A DNA stretch of 64,000 nucleotides from Hyalangium minutum (GCF_000737315.1 NZ_JMCB01000003.1:1165043-1229042), one strand, 5' to 3'; positions 16,055 to 26,059 are shown, counted from the stretch's first letter. Notes: generated by a model from the sequence alone, not told the origin. Made by a program: numbers and translations.

Positions 16055-18757
16055 TCAGTGGGCGTCCGCCCACGTCTTCCCCGCGCCCACGTCCACCTTG
16101 AGCGGCACCTTGAGCGTGGCCACCTGGGACATGCACCGGCGCGCCAGCTCCTTCACCTGCTCCACCTCGGCATCCGGAGCCTCGAAGAGCAATTCGTCGT
16201 GCACCTGGAGGAGCATCTCCGTGCGCAGGCCTTCCTTCTGGAGCGCCGCGTCCACGGCGAGCATGGCCTTCTTGATGAGATCGGCCGCGGTGCCCTGGAT
16301 GGGCATGTTGATGGCGGCGCGCTCGGCGGCCTGGGCCACCTGCCGATTGCGCGAGTGGAGATCCGCCATGAGCCGCCGCCGGCCGAACATCGTCTCCACG
16401 TAGCCCGTCTTCCGGGCCTGCATGACGGTGTCCTCGAGGTAGCGGCGGATGCCGGCGTAGCGGGTGAAGTAGCGCTCGATGATGTCGCGCGCCTCCTCCA
16501 CGGAGATGGACAGGCGGGTGGACAGGCCGTGCGGGGACAGGCCGTAGGCGATGCCGAAGTTCACCGTCTTGGCCACGCGGCGCTGGTCGCGATCCACCTT
16601 GTCCGGCGTGGTGCCGAAGATCTCCGCGGCGGTGCGGCTGTGGATGTCCTCGTCATGCAGGAAGGCCTCGATGAGGACGGGGTCCTCGGCGATGTGGGCC
16701 AGCAGCCGGAGCTCCACCTGGCTGTAGTCGGCGGAGACGAGCTGGTGGCCCGGCTCGGCGACGAAGGCGCGGCGGATCTCCCGGCCCAGGTCCGTGCGGA
16801 CGGGGATGTTCTGGAGGTTGGGATCCGTGGAGGACAGGCGCCCCGTGGCGGTAGCCGCCTGATGGTAGGTGGTGTGGATGCGGCCGTCCTTGGCCACGAG
16901 CCCCGGCAGCGTGTCCAGGTAGGTGCTCTTGAGCTTGGAGACGGAGCGGTACTCGAGGATGGCGGCGGGCAGCGGGTGCTGCTCGGAGAGCTTCTCCAGC
17001 ACCTCTTGATCGGTGGAGGGGCCCGTCTTGCCCTTCTTGAGCACGGGCAGCTGGAGCTTGTCGTAGAGGATCGTGGCCAGCTGCGGATTGGAGCCGATGT
17101 TGAACTCCTGGCCCGCGAGCTGGTGGATGTTCTTCTCCTTGGCCACGCACTCGGCGTCCACCTTGGCGGAGATCGTCTGGAGCACGGAAGTGTCCAGCTT
17201 CACGCCCCGGCGCTCCATATTCGCCAGGATGGGCAGCAGCGGCAGCTCCAGCTCGCTCGCCAGCTTCGCGCTCCCCACCTCCTCCAGCTCCTTCCAGAGC
17301 ATGGGAGCCAGGCGCCGGGCCGCATCCGCGCGCTCCGCGTAGGCCTGGGCGAGCTCCTCGGGGTTGTGGTCGGCCAGCGCCCGGGCCTTCTTGCCTCCGG
17401 CGGGCAGCGCGGGCAGCTCCGTGTTCAGCCGCTCGCGGGCCAGATCCGCCAGGGCGTGCTCACGGCGGGACGGGTTGAGCAGGTAGCTCAGCAGCTCCAC
17501 GTCATCATGGGCGCCCTTGAGGGTGAGCCCACCGTTGGCGAGCACCAGGGTGAGCGCCTTGAGGTCATGCCCGCCCTTCTTCACCGCCTCGTCCGAGAGC
17601 AGCCCGCCCAGGATCGAGCCAAAGGCCGCCACCGGCACCTGCTTCGCACCGAGCACCTGGTGGCGCAGCGGCACATAGGCGATGCGGCCATCGGGCAGCG
17701 CGAGCCCCAGGCCCACCAGCGGCGCGGTGAAGGGGGCGCCCTCGTAGGCAGGCACCAGGAACACCGAGCCGGCGGAGCGCGCGGCCTCGGCGAATGACTT
17801 CAGCTCCTCCTCGGTGGTGACAATGGTGGCGGGAGCGGCAGCGGCGGCGGGCGCGGGAGCCTCCGCGGGCTTGGGAGCGGTGGTGTCCGCGGGCAGCTCA
17901 TTCACCAGCCGGTAGAACTCCAGCTCCGTGAAGAGCTGCTTGGCGCGGGCGGTGTCGAAGGGGCGCCGGGCGAGCTGGGCGATGGTGGTGTTCAGCTCCA
18001 GGTCGGTCTTGAAGGTGACGAGCTGCCGGGCCATCAGCAGGGAGTCCTTGTGGGCGGCGATGGCCTCGCGGATCTTCGGCTTCTTCACCTCGTCCAGCCG
18101 GGCCAGCAGCGTGTCCACGTCGCCGAACTGCTGGATGAGCTCCGTGGCCGTCTTCGGACCAATGCCGGGCACCTTGGGGACGTTGTCCACCGCATCGCCC
18201 ACGAGCGCCAGGTAGTCGCGCATCTGCCGAGGCTCGATGCCCAGGCGCTCCTTCACGTCGGCGGGGCCGGTGTGCACGTCCTTCATCGGATCGAAGAGGC
18301 GCACGTCCTCGTCGACGATCTGGATGAAGTCCTTGTCGCCGGTGACGACCTGGACGCAGAAGCCCTCGGCCTTGGCGTGCTTCGCCAGGGTGCCGATGAC
18401 GTCATCCGCCTCCCACCCGGGCACCTCGAGCACGGGCAGGCTGAGCACCTCCACCACCTTGCGGATGAGATCGAACTGGGGGACCAGATCCTCGGGAGGC
18501 CCCTCGCGGTTCGCCTTGTAGTTGGGATCGATCTTCTGACGCTCGGTGCGGCTCTCCTTGTCGAAGGCGAGCGCCACGTGCGTGGGCTGCAGATCCTTGA
18601 GCGCCTTGAGCACCATGCGCGTGAAACCGAGCACGGCATTGGTGGGCACCCCCTTGCTCGTGGTGAGCGGGGGGATGGCGTGGTAGGCGCGGAAGATGAA
18701 GCTGGAGGCGTCGATCAGCGTGAGGACGGGCGCGGAGCGCGTGGGGCTCGGGACCAT
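16055..18757 (-). CDS. polA: DNA polymerase I
   Basis: 5'-3' exonuclease (LIDASSFIFRAYHA, EADD), polymerase motifs SADYSQVELR, AKTVNFGIAYG, LLQVHDEL. Confidence 0.98.
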   Translation of the reverse strand: MVPSPTRSAPVLTLIDASSFIFRAYHAIPPLTTSKGVPTNAVLGFTRMVLKALKDLQPTHVALAFDKESRTERQKIDPNYKANREGPPEDLVPQFDLIRKVVEVLSLPVLEVPGWEADDVIGTLAKHAKAEGFCVQVVTGDKDFIQIVDEDVRLFDPMKDVHTGPADVKERLGIEPRQMRDYLALVGDAVDNVPKVPGIGPKTATELIQQFGDVDTLLARLDEVKKPKIREAIAAHKDSLLMARQLVTFKTDLELNTTIAQLARRPFDTARAKQLFTELEFYRLVNELPADTTAPKPAEAPAPAAAAAPATIVTTEEELKSFAEAARSAGSVFLVPAYEGAPFTAPLVGLGLALPDGRIAYVPLRHQVLGAKQVPVAAFGSILGGLLSDEAVKKGGHDLKALTLVLANGGLTLKGAHDDVELLSYLLNPSRREHALADLARERLNTELPALPAGGKKARALADHNPEELAQAYAERADAARRLAPMLWKELEEVGSAKLASELELPLLPILANMERRGVKLDTSVLQTISAKVDAECVAKEKNIHQLAGQEFNIGSNPQLATILYDKLQLPVLKKGKTGPSTDQEVLEKLSEQHPLPAAILEYRSVSKLKSTYLDTLPGLVAKDGRIHTTYHQAATATGRLSSTDPNLQNIPVRTDLGREIRRAFVAEPGHQLVSADYSQVELRLLAHIAEDPVLIEAFLHDEDIHSRTAAEIFGTTPDKVDRDQRRVAKTVNFGIAYGLSPHGLSTRLSISVEEARDIIERYFTRYAGIRRYLEDTVMQARKTGYVETMFGRRRLMADLHSRNRQVAQAAERAAINMPIQGTAADLIKKAMLAVDAALQKEGLRTEMLLQVHDELLFEAPDAEVEQVKELARRCMSQVATLKVPLKVDVGAGKTWADAH

Positions 18758-18828
18758 GTCCCGGCCTTAGCGCGGCTCCCCTGCCCTGTCCACGCTTGTC
18801 ACAGGCGGCACAGCGAGAGCCTGCCGCC

Positions 18829-21069
18829 CTACTTACACTGCAGCTCCTCTTTCTTCTTGGCCATCTTCTCCTCGAGCCCGTCGCCCGGCACGGCCCAGTT
18901 GGCGACCTCGGCCAGCTCCGCGCAGCTGCCCGCGCCGCCAAACAGCTGCGTCCCCCGGGTGGAGCAGACGTTGGAGAGCACGCGGATCAGGTCCGTGTTG
19001 CCCTTGTAGAACCGGAAGCCGATCTTCCACAGCTTGCAGGCGCGCAGCGGATCCTCGCGCTTGATCCAGTCGCGGCCGCGCTCGTAGGCCTTCTCCGCGA
19101 TGTCGTTCTGGATGTTCTTCCGGTAGAACGAGGGCACCGTCTCCCACATGTCCATCATCAGGCGCTTGTCGATCTCCAGCGCCTCATCGAAGGGCTCGGC
19201 GGCCCTCTCCAACTCGCCGGCGGTGAGCAGCGTCTGGCCCGTCTTGAAGAGCTGATCCACGGTGCCCACGTCCTTGATGAGCAGGTCCGTCTGCCCGTGC
19301 AGCGCGGCCTGCTCGTAGTTGGAGCGCACCTTCTGGAGCTTGGAGAGCGACTCGTTGCCGCGGCCGGCCCAGTAGTCGAACAGGGCGGAGTTCATATAGG
19401 CGTTGGAGTACTTCTCCTTGAACATCCGCTTCACCCTGGCAGCAGGGCTGTCCGTGTCCTCGCGCTCGCTGTCGTAGCCGGCCGCGCACTTCCAGGTCTC
19501 GGCGTTCGGATCCAGCTTCAGACGGGCCTGGAGGAAGCGGACGAACATCTTGTCCTTCGGGCGCCACTGGCGCTTGCCGACGCGGCCCTCCAGGGACAGC
19601 GTGTAGCCAATGGGTGGCTCGAGGTCCTCGCGCGTCTGCTTCTGGCACCAGAAGCCCATGTACCGGTCGCACCGGGGCACCGCCGCCTGCCACTGGTTGT
19701 CATCCAAGTAGCGCTTGCAGTCGTCCAGGGCCTTCTTCTTCACCTGCACCAGGGCCTCGTCCACCTTGATCTTCGCGCGGCGGAAGTACTGGCTCTCCTT
19801 GGGGATCTTCTGGAACTGATCGAGCGCCTCCTCTTCCTTGAGGCGCGTCAGCAGCTTGGTGCCCGCCTCGAAGTAGGCGTGGGCCTCTTTCTCGACCTTG
19901 ATCTTCTTGATGAGGGTGTTGACCTCGGTGTTGATGGGATCGAGGACGCGGGCCTCCTCGCACTTGGCCTCGGCCTTCTCCCACTGGGGCTCGCTGCCCA
20001 TGTCCGTGGATGCGAACGAGCGGCACTGGCTCAGCAGCTCCTGGACCTTCTCCTTGAAGTTCTCCCCGACCACCTCCGGACCATCCCCGGTGGGGAAGTC
20101 AGGCGGCGGCGGGGGCGGCGTGGTCAGCTGCTTGACGACGCCCGCGGCCAGCAGCAGCGACACGGCGGCACCGGCCACGATGAACAGCTTCTTCTTCTTG
20201 TTCGCGGCGGGCGGTGCGTCGCTCGGGTCCACCTTGCCCTTGCCCTTGCCCTTGACGGCGGGGCCCGCCCCGCTGCGATCCCGGCGCACAGGCACATTGG
20301 AGGGCTCGTCACCGGACTCGTACACCACCTCCACCATGCCGAACTGGATGATGTCGCCGGGGTTGATCTCCACCGGCTCCTGGCCCAGCCGCTCGCCGTT
20401 GAGGAGCGTGCCGTTGGCGCTGCCCAGATCGCGCAGGAACACCGCCCCACGGGGGTTGCGCTCCAGCTCCGCGTGCTTGCGGCTGATGGAGTCATCCTCG
20501 AGCATGACGGCGGCCGGCGGCGCGCGGCCCACCACCAGCTTGCCCTTGAGGGGATAGGTCTTGTTCGCCCAGGGCCCCGTCAGGCCCCGGAGCACCGGCT
20601 GGGGTGCCGCCCCGGCGGGAGCGGGGTTCGGCGCCGAGCGCTCGCCCTTGGCCAGCCGCTCACCGGGCGGACGGGCCGGCTTGAGGGTGGGCAGCGCGCG
20701 GGTGGACCTCGGGCCGCCCTCCTCGGGGGCGGGCTCCGCCGGAGCCGGCTTCGAGGCCCGGCGCGCACTGGTGGCCGGACGGCCGCCGCCCTTGAGCTTC
20801 AGCTCATAGTCCCCGAGCACCACCTGGGCCTGGGGCGTGAGCACCACCGCTTCGCCAATGCGCTCTCCGTCGACATAGGTGCCATTGGCGCTGCTGAGAT
20901 CCTCCAGCATCACCTTGCCACCCTCGACGAAGATGCGGGCGTGCTGGCGCGACACGCCGCCCTCGGTGAGGACGAGCTCATTGATGTCCTGGCGGCCAAT
21001 CTTCAGCTCGCCGGACAGCTCATGCTCGGTCTCACTGCCATCTGGATGCTTGACGACCAGTGTGGGCAT
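18829..21069 (-). CDS. kilD: Double-FHA, TM, TPR-like protein of the Kil/Tad cluster
   Basis: Two FHA motifs (IGR..VSRQHA..DLSSANGT; VGR..ISRKHA..DLGSANGT), Lys-rich stretch then TM, helical Cys-containing C-terminus; symbol from synteny with M. xanthus Kil cluster 1. Confidence 0.75.
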   Translation of the reverse strand: MPTLVVKHPDGSETEHELSGELKIGRQDINELVLTEGGVSRQHARIFVEGGKVMLEDLSSANGTYVDGERIGEAVVLTPQAQVVLGDYELKLKGGGRPATSARRASKPAPAEPAPEEGGPRSTRALPTLKPARPPGERLAKGERSAPNPAPAGAAPQPVLRGLTGPWANKTYPLKGKLVVGRAPPAAVMLEDDSISRKHAELERNPRGAVFLRDLGSANGTLLNGERLGQEPVEINPGDIIQFGMVEVVYESGDEPSNVPVRRDRSGAGPAVKGKGKGKVDPSDAPPAANKKKKLFIVAGAAVSLLLAAGVVKQLTTPPPPPPDFPTGDGPEVVGENFKEKVQELLSQCRSFASTDMGSEPQWEKAEAKCEEARVLDPINTEVNTLIKKIKVEKEAHAYFEAGTKLLTRLKEEEALDQFQKIPKESQYFRRAKIKVDEALVQVKKKALDDCKRYLDDNQWQAAVPRCDRYMGFWCQKQTREDLEPPIGYTLSLEGRVGKRQWRPKDKMFVRFLQARLKLDPNAETWKCAAGYDSEREDTDSPAARVKRMFKEKYSNAYMNSALFDYWAGRGNESLSKLQKVRSNYEQAALHGQTDLLIKDVGTVDQLFKTGQTLLTAGELERAAEPFDEALEIDKRLMMDMWETVPSFYRKNIQNDIAEKAYERGRDWIKREDPLRACKLWKIGFRFYKGNTDLIRVLSNVCSTRGTQLFGGAGSCAELAEVANWAVPGDGLEEKMAKKKEELQCK

Positions 21070-21075
21070 GACGGA

Positions 21076-22893
21076 TCAGTCCTCGCGGAAGATGCTCATG
21101 TTCACCGGGATGCCCTTGCGCTGAAGGTCATCGTAGAACTTGGGCACGAAGCCGGACGCCACGAAGCGACCGCGGATCTTGTTGTCATCCGTGAAGCCGT
21201 CCTGCTTGTAATAGAAGATGTCCTGGAGGGTGACGATGTCGACCTCCATGCCGGACACCTCGGTGATGAAGCAGATCTTCCGCGTGCCGTCCGAGAAGCG
21301 CGTCTGCTGCACGATGATGTGAACGGCGCTGGCGATCTGCTCGCGGATGGCCTTCACCGGCAGCTCCATGCCGGACATGAGCACCATCGTCTCCAGGCGG
21401 GCGATGGCGTCGCGCGGCGTGTTGGCGTGCAACGTGGTGAGCGAGCCGTCATGGCCGGTGTTCATGGCCTGGAGCATGTCCAGCGTCTCGCCGGAGCGGC
21501 ACTCGCCCACGACGATGCGATCCGGACGCATGCGGAGGCAGTTCTTCACCAGGTCTCGGATGGTGATGGCGCCCTTGCCTTCCAGGTTGGGCGGACGGCT
21601 CTCCAGCTGCACCCAGTGCTCCTGGGGCAGCTGCAGCTCGGCGGCGTCCTCCACGGTGACGATGCGCTCACCTTCGGGGATGAACGAGCTGATGATGTTG
21701 AGCGTCGTCGTCTTCCCGGAGCCCGTGCCGCCGGAGATGACGATGTTCTTCCGGGCGCGCACGCACATCTCCAGGAACTCGGCCATCTGCGCGGTGACGG
21801 TCTTGTACTTGATGAGATCCTGGATCTTGAGGGCGTCCTTCTTGAACTTGCGGATGGTGATGCAGGGGCCCTTGAGCGCCAGCGGCGGGATGATGGCGTT
21901 CACGCGGCTGCCGTCCTTCAGGCGCGCGTCCACCAGCGGGCTGGACTCGTCGATGCGGCGGCCGATGGGCGCCACGATGCGCTCGATGACGCCGAGCACC
22001 GCCTGGTTGGAGGAGAACGTCTTCTCCGACAGGGTCAGCTTGCCACGCTGCTCGATGTAGATCTGGCTGGCGTGGTTCACCATGATCTCGCTGATCTCCT
22101 CGGACGCGAGGAACGCCTCCAGCGGCCCAAGCCCCAGCGCCTCATTGATGACGTCGGTGAGCAGCTCCTCCCGGTCCACGTCCTCGGGGAGCTCACCGTC
22201 CGCGTCCATCTGATCGATGATGTCGCGGATGGCCTTCTCGGTGCGGCGCCACAGCTCCTCGTCGCCGAGCCGGTCCATGTCCATGCGGCGCAGATCGAGG
22301 TACTCGATCAGCCGGTCATGGATTTCCTTCTGGAGGCGGGTGTAGCGCTCCAGGCGCGGATCCACCTTGCGCTTGTTCTTCTGGAGCGCGGCGGCCAGTG
22401 AGGCCGGCATGTTCTTCTTGGGCTCGGGCGCGGCGGCAGGCGCGGCGGAGGAGGCGCGCACGGGCATGGGCGCCGGAGGCTCCTCCTCGTACGGCTCCTC
22501 GTCCTCGTAGCCCTGCTCGTCCTCGTAGCCCTGCTCGTCCTCGTAGCCCTCTTCGGGCGGAGGATCCTCTCCGGCGGCCGGGGCGGCGCCGGTGCTCAGC
22601 TCATCCAGCGGCTCGACGTTGATGATGTAATCGCCGATGTAGACCTTGTCCGTGGGCTTGAGGACCTGCGGCGCAGCGATCTTCTTGCCGTTCACGAACG
22701 TGCCGTTCGTGGACTTCATGTCCAGGACGATGAACTTCCCGTCCTTGGAGACGATCTTGGAGTGGTACTTGGAGACGTTGCCCTTGGCCAGAACGATGTC
22801 GTTCCCGGCCAGGCGGCCAATGGTGATCTCGTTCTTCTCGAACTCGATCTGCTCGGTGCCGCCGCCCTTCTCGGCAAGAGTGACTAGAAACAT
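21076..22893 (-). CDS. kilF: CpaF/TadA pilus ATPase with N-terminal FHA domain
   Basis: FHA (IGR..VSKYH..STNGT), Walker A GGTGSGKTT, LRMRPDRIVVGE, MNTGHDG; start ATG at 22893. Confidence 0.9.
   Translation of the reverse strand: MFLVTLAEKGGGTEQIEFEKNEITIGRLAGNDIVLAKGNVSKYHSKIVSKDGKFIVLDMKSTNGTFVNGKKIAAPQVLKPTDKVYIGDYIINVEPLDELSTGAAPAAGEDPPPEEGYEDEQGYEDEQGYEDEEPYEEEPPAPMPVRASSAAPAAAPEPKKNMPASLAAALQKNKRKVDPRLERYTRLQKEIHDRLIEYLDLRRMDMDRLGDEELWRRTEKAIRDIIDQMDADGELPEDVDREELLTDVINEALGLGPLEAFLASEEISEIMVNHASQIYIEQRGKLTLSEKTFSSNQAVLGVIERIVAPIGRRIDESSPLVDARLKDGSRVNAIIPPLALKGPCITIRKFKKDALKIQDLIKYKTVTAQMAEFLEMCVRARKNIVISGGTGSGKTTTLNIISSFIPEGERIVTVEDAAELQLPQEHWVQLESRPPNLEGKGAITIRDLVKNCLRMRPDRIVVGECRSGETLDMLQAMNTGHDGSLTTLHANTPRDAIARLETMVLMSGMELPVKAIREQIASAVHIIVQQTRFSDGTRKICFITEVSGMEVDIVTLQDIFYYKQDGFTDDNKIRGRFVASGFVPKFYDDLQRKGIPVNMSIFRED
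22498..22550. repeat. 18-bp tandem repeat x3 (GYEDEQ linker) inside the ATPase gene
   Basis: CTCGTCCTCGTAGCCCTG at 22498, 22516, 22534. Confidence 0.9.
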
Positions 22894-23032
22894 GGGGGCG
22901 GATGGTAGCAAGCGCCCTCTCCGGCTCAAAGAGGGTGGCGCGCCTTTCGCAAGGGCATGAAATGCCGAGGCCGGCGCCCATCTCCCGAGGGAGACGAGGC
23001 CGGCCCCAAGCCAGGCAAGCAACCAGACAGGT

Positions 23033-24484
23033 TCAGTCGAAGATGTTGAAGTTGACCTCGCTGCGGGCCTGCTTGTAGCGCGTCTTCACGTCCTCGATGA
23101 TCGTGCGGATCTTGTCCGAGTCCGGGTTGACGATGCGCGGGGTGACGAAGATGACCAGCTCGCGCTTGGTGGAGTCGAACGCGCGGCTCTTGAAGAGCTC
23201 GCCCACGATGGGGATGTGACCGAGGCCGGGCAGCTTGGACACGGCCTTCTGCTCGTCGTGGCTGAACACGCCAGACAGGACGATCGTCTCGCCGTGGCGC
23301 ACGGTGACGTTCGTCTTCACCTTGCGGGTGCGGAAGCCGGGCACGGACGCGGAGCCACCGAAGGACACCGCCACGGAGGTGTCGATTTCCGAGGCCTCGG
23401 CCTCGATCTCCGTCTGGATGTTGCCGTTGCGGTCCGCGGTGGGGCGCAGGTTGAGGATGACGCCGTAGGGCTTGAACTCGACGGAGAACTGGTTGTTGGT
23501 GATGAGGGGAATCGGAACCTGGCCGCCGGCGAGGAACTCGGCCTTCTCACCGCTGGCGCACACCAGCTTGGGCTGGGCCAGCAGGCGCCCGTAGCCGTCG
23601 TTGGCCTGGAACCCGAAGGACATCTCCGAGCCCGCGGCGAACGTCAGGCTGGAGGTGCCCGAGCCGAACGTGCCGGGGAACAGCTCCTGGGTGATGCTGG
23701 CGCCGCCCGTCACGTTGCCGGTGATGTCCGTGGGGTAGCGGATGCCGTACCGGTCGCGGCTGTTGCGGCGGATTTCCACGAACTGCACCTCGGAGAGGAT
23801 CATCCGCTTGATGCCCACCACGAGCAGGTTCTCCACCTTCTCGCCGATGGCCTTGGTGATCAGCTCCGCCTTCTGCAGGTCCTGCTGGCTCTCCACGGAG
23901 CCCTCCAGGAAGATGGTGGAGCCCACCACGTTGGCCTGCACGTTGCGCAGGCCCGCCTTCTGGAAGGCCGCGTTCAGGTTCTGCGCCACCAGCTTCTTGG
24001 CGTTGGGCGCGATCTTCACGAAGCTCTTCACGTTCGGGTACAGCGACACCACCTGGTCGATGCGATCCGCGTCCTGCGTGGTGTACGCCTGGCCGTCCAG
24101 GTAGATGCGGTCACCCACCATGCGGACGGACACACCTTCGATCTCACCGAGCAGCTTCTTGATCTCGGCGATGATCTCGTTGGGGTCCTGCCGGCGCACG
24201 GCGATGAGGTAGCTGACGCGCTGGCCCGACGTCTTCCAGATGAGGAGCGTCGTCTTACCCTCGGACTGGCCGACGATGAGGACCTGGTTGTTCCCGATGG
24301 TCTTCACCTCGGCGATGTTCGGATCGCCCAGGGCGATACGGGTGATGCCCGGGATGGTGACCACCTTCTGCGTACCCACGCCCAGGGCGATGGTGCTGCC
24401 CTCCTGGGCCTGGGAGGTACCAGCCAGCAGCAGCGTCAGGAAGACGCCCAGCCCAGCGGCGTGGTGCGTGAAGCGTGTAAACAT
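23033..24484 (-). CDS. kilC: RcpA/CpaC-type secretin with pilus-assembly N-domain and BON-like region
   Basis: Signal peptide, RIALGDPNIAEV, LLAQPKLVCASGEKAEFLAGG, LPGLGHIPIVGELF, ELVIFVTP; start ATG 24484. Confidence 0.88.
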   Translation of the reverse strand: MFTRFTHHAAGLGVFLTLLLAGTSQAQEGSTIALGVGTQKVVTIPGITRIALGDPNIAEVKTIGNNQVLIVGQSEGKTTLLIWKTSGQRVSYLIAVRRQDPNEIIAEIKKLLGEIEGVSVRMVGDRIYLDGQAYTTQDADRIDQVVSLYPNVKSFVKIAPNAKKLVAQNLNAAFQKAGLRNVQANVVGSTIFLEGSVESQQDLQKAELITKAIGEKVENLLVVGIKRMILSEVQFVEIRRNSRDRYGIRYPTDITGNVTGGASITQELFPGTFGSGTSSLTFAAGSEMSFGFQANDGYGRLLAQPKLVCASGEKAEFLAGGQVPIPLITNNQFSVEFKPYGVILNLRPTADRNGNIQTEIEAEASEIDTSVAVSFGGSASVPGFRTRKVKTNVTVRHGETIVLSGVFSHDEQKAVSKLPGLGHIPIVGELFKSRAFDSTKRELVIFVTPRIVNPDSDKIRTIIEDVKTRYKQARSEVNFNIFD

Positions 24485-24516
24485 CGTGCGAGTCCCCTCT
24501 GCGCGTCGAATCCGAG

Positions 24517-25053
24517 CTAGCTCGAGTTTGTCTGCTGCCACCACATGGCCCAGAAAGTCCCCAGGGCGATGGCCACCCCGTAGGGAATGTGCCGCGGTGC
24601 TGCCGGTGCGGCCTCCGCGCTCAGCAGCCGGGCCCGGACGGCCCAGCGCCGCAGCACGGCGGACAGCGTGTCCCAAACCTCGCCCTTCCAGATGATCGTC
24701 ACCACCGCCTGGAAGGCGCCCGCCAGGGAGATGAACGCCGCGGCCGCCATCACCGCGGGAAAGCCCATCACCGCTCCCACCCCGCCCATCAACTTCACGT
24801 CGCCCCACCCCATCCGGCCGCGCAGCGCCCCGGGCACCAGGATCACCGCCAGCCCTACCCCCGATACCAAGCCGCTGATCAGCCCCGTATTCAGATCGCC
24901 CACGCCGTCGGTCCACAGGCGGACCCCCAGCGCGATCACCACCAGTGGATAGGTGACGACGTCGAGGATCCTTCGGCGCAGGACATCCGTCACCACCGAG
25001 ATCACCAGGGCTACTCCGAGGACTGTCCACAACGCGCTCTGAACAGGGGTCAT
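24517..25053 (-). CDS. kilA: A24-family prepilin peptidase (CpaA/TadV)
   Basis: TDVLRRRI, MGWGDVKL, IPYGVAI; multiple TM helices. Confidence 0.9.
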   Translation of the reverse strand: MTPVQSALWTVLGVALVISVVTDVLRRRILDVVTYPLVVIALGVRLWTDGVGDLNTGLISGLVSGVGLAVILVPGALRGRMGWGDVKLMGGVGAVMGFPAVMAAAAFISLAGAFQAVVTIIWKGEVWDTLSAVLRRWAVRARLLSAEAAPAAPRHIPYGVAIALGTFWAMWWQQTNSS

Positions 25054-25058
25054 CCGTC

Positions 25059-25083
25059 AGCCTGGCCGTTCTGCGGCCAGGCT
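25059..25083. promoter_or_regulatory. Perfect 10-bp inverted repeat 5 nt upstream of the prepilin peptidase start
   Basis: AGCCTGGCCG-TTCTG-CGGCCAGGCT. Confidence 0.5.
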
Positions 25084-25135
25084 CCCGGACTAAATCAGGG
25101 AGCCCCGCATTCAGTCAATTGTTGAACACCCCGGA

Positions 25136-25159
25136 GGCCCTGCCAAAAGTGGCAGGGCC
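25136..25159 (-). terminator. Stem-loop just downstream of the RHH-FHA gene
   Basis: GGCCCTGCCA-AAAG-TGGCAGGGCC; weak U-tail. Confidence 0.45.
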
Positions 25160-25168
25160 CGGAGTGAC

Positions 25169-26059
25169 TCAGCGCACCACGAGACGAATCTTCTCGCTGC
25201 AGATGAAGTACTCGTCCCCGTCCTCGATCTTGCGGCGCTTGATGCGCTGCTTGTTGAACCAGGTGCCGTTGGACGAGCCCAGGTCCTCGATGAAGTAGTC
25301 GCCGCCCTCGCGGACGATGACGGCGTGCTCGCGGGACACCTTGCCGGAGTTGATCACGAAGTCGCAGTGCTTGCCGCGGCCGATGACGAAGCGCTCGTTG
25401 ACGATCTTCTGCTGATCGCCGCCCTCGGTGATGAGGAAGAGCGCCGAGCCCTCCTCCTCGTCCTGAGGCTCCTCGTCCATGGGCTCCTCGTCCTGAGGCT
25501 CCTCGTCCTCGCCCATGTTCTGCAGGCCAGAGTCCTCGGGAGGATCGGGCGGGGCCTCGTCCTCGAGCGAGTCGTCGTCCACGGGCTGGGGCGGCTCGTT
25601 CTTGCCCTTGATGAGGCGCTCGAGCTCGGCGGCGGTCTCCAGCACGCGCTCTGCCACTTCGCGGCGCACCGGATCATTGTCCAGGGCGTTGGCCGAGGGC
25701 CGCTCATCCACGCGTGGCGGCGGCTGGCGCATGGGCGGCTCGTCGCGCACGGGCGCGGGCTTCACCGGCGGGGGCGCGGCGGAGAGCACCGGGGGCGCGG
25801 ACTTGCCGCCCACGGAGGGGCCATTGCCAGAGGGCCGCGAGGGCACCTGGGGCACCACGTTCAACGGGGCCGGGGCCTCGGCGCGGGCGGCCTTGCCCCC
25901 CACCTCGATGAAGCCGTTGAGCCGCGCGAACATGAAGAGCGCCTGGTTGATCAGCGCATCGCGGTCCGAGCCCATCTGCTGGGCCATCTCTTCAAACGTC
26001 TCCCACAGGTGGTCAGCGATGCCGACCTTGCGAGCGGGGCGGGAGTTCTGGTCAATCAT
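25169..26059 (-). CDS. FHA-domain protein with N-terminal ribbon-helix-helix-like segment and acidic linker
   Basis: C-terminal FHA (IGRG..VSREHA..DLGSSNGT); N-terminal RKVGIADHLWETFEEMAQQMGSDRDALINQAL. Confidence 0.85.
   Translation of the reverse strand: MIDQNSRPARKVGIADHLWETFEEMAQQMGSDRDALINQALFMFARLNGFIEVGGKAARAEAPAPLNVVPQVPSRPSGNGPSVGGKSAPPVLSAAPPPVKPAPVRDEPPMRQPPPRVDERPSANALDNDPVRREVAERVLETAAELERLIKGKNEPPQPVDDDSLEDEAPPDPPEDSGLQNMGEDEEPQDEEPMDEEPQDEEEGSALFLITEGGDQQKIVNERFVIGRGKHCDFVINSGKVSREHAVIVREGGDYFIEDLGSSNGTWFNKQRIKRRKIEDGDEYFICSEKIRLVVR
25454..25513. repeat. 15-bp tandem repeat x4 (DEEPQ/DEEPM)
   Basis: CTCCTCGTCCTGAGG-like units at 25454, 25469, 25484, 25499. Confidence 0.85.
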
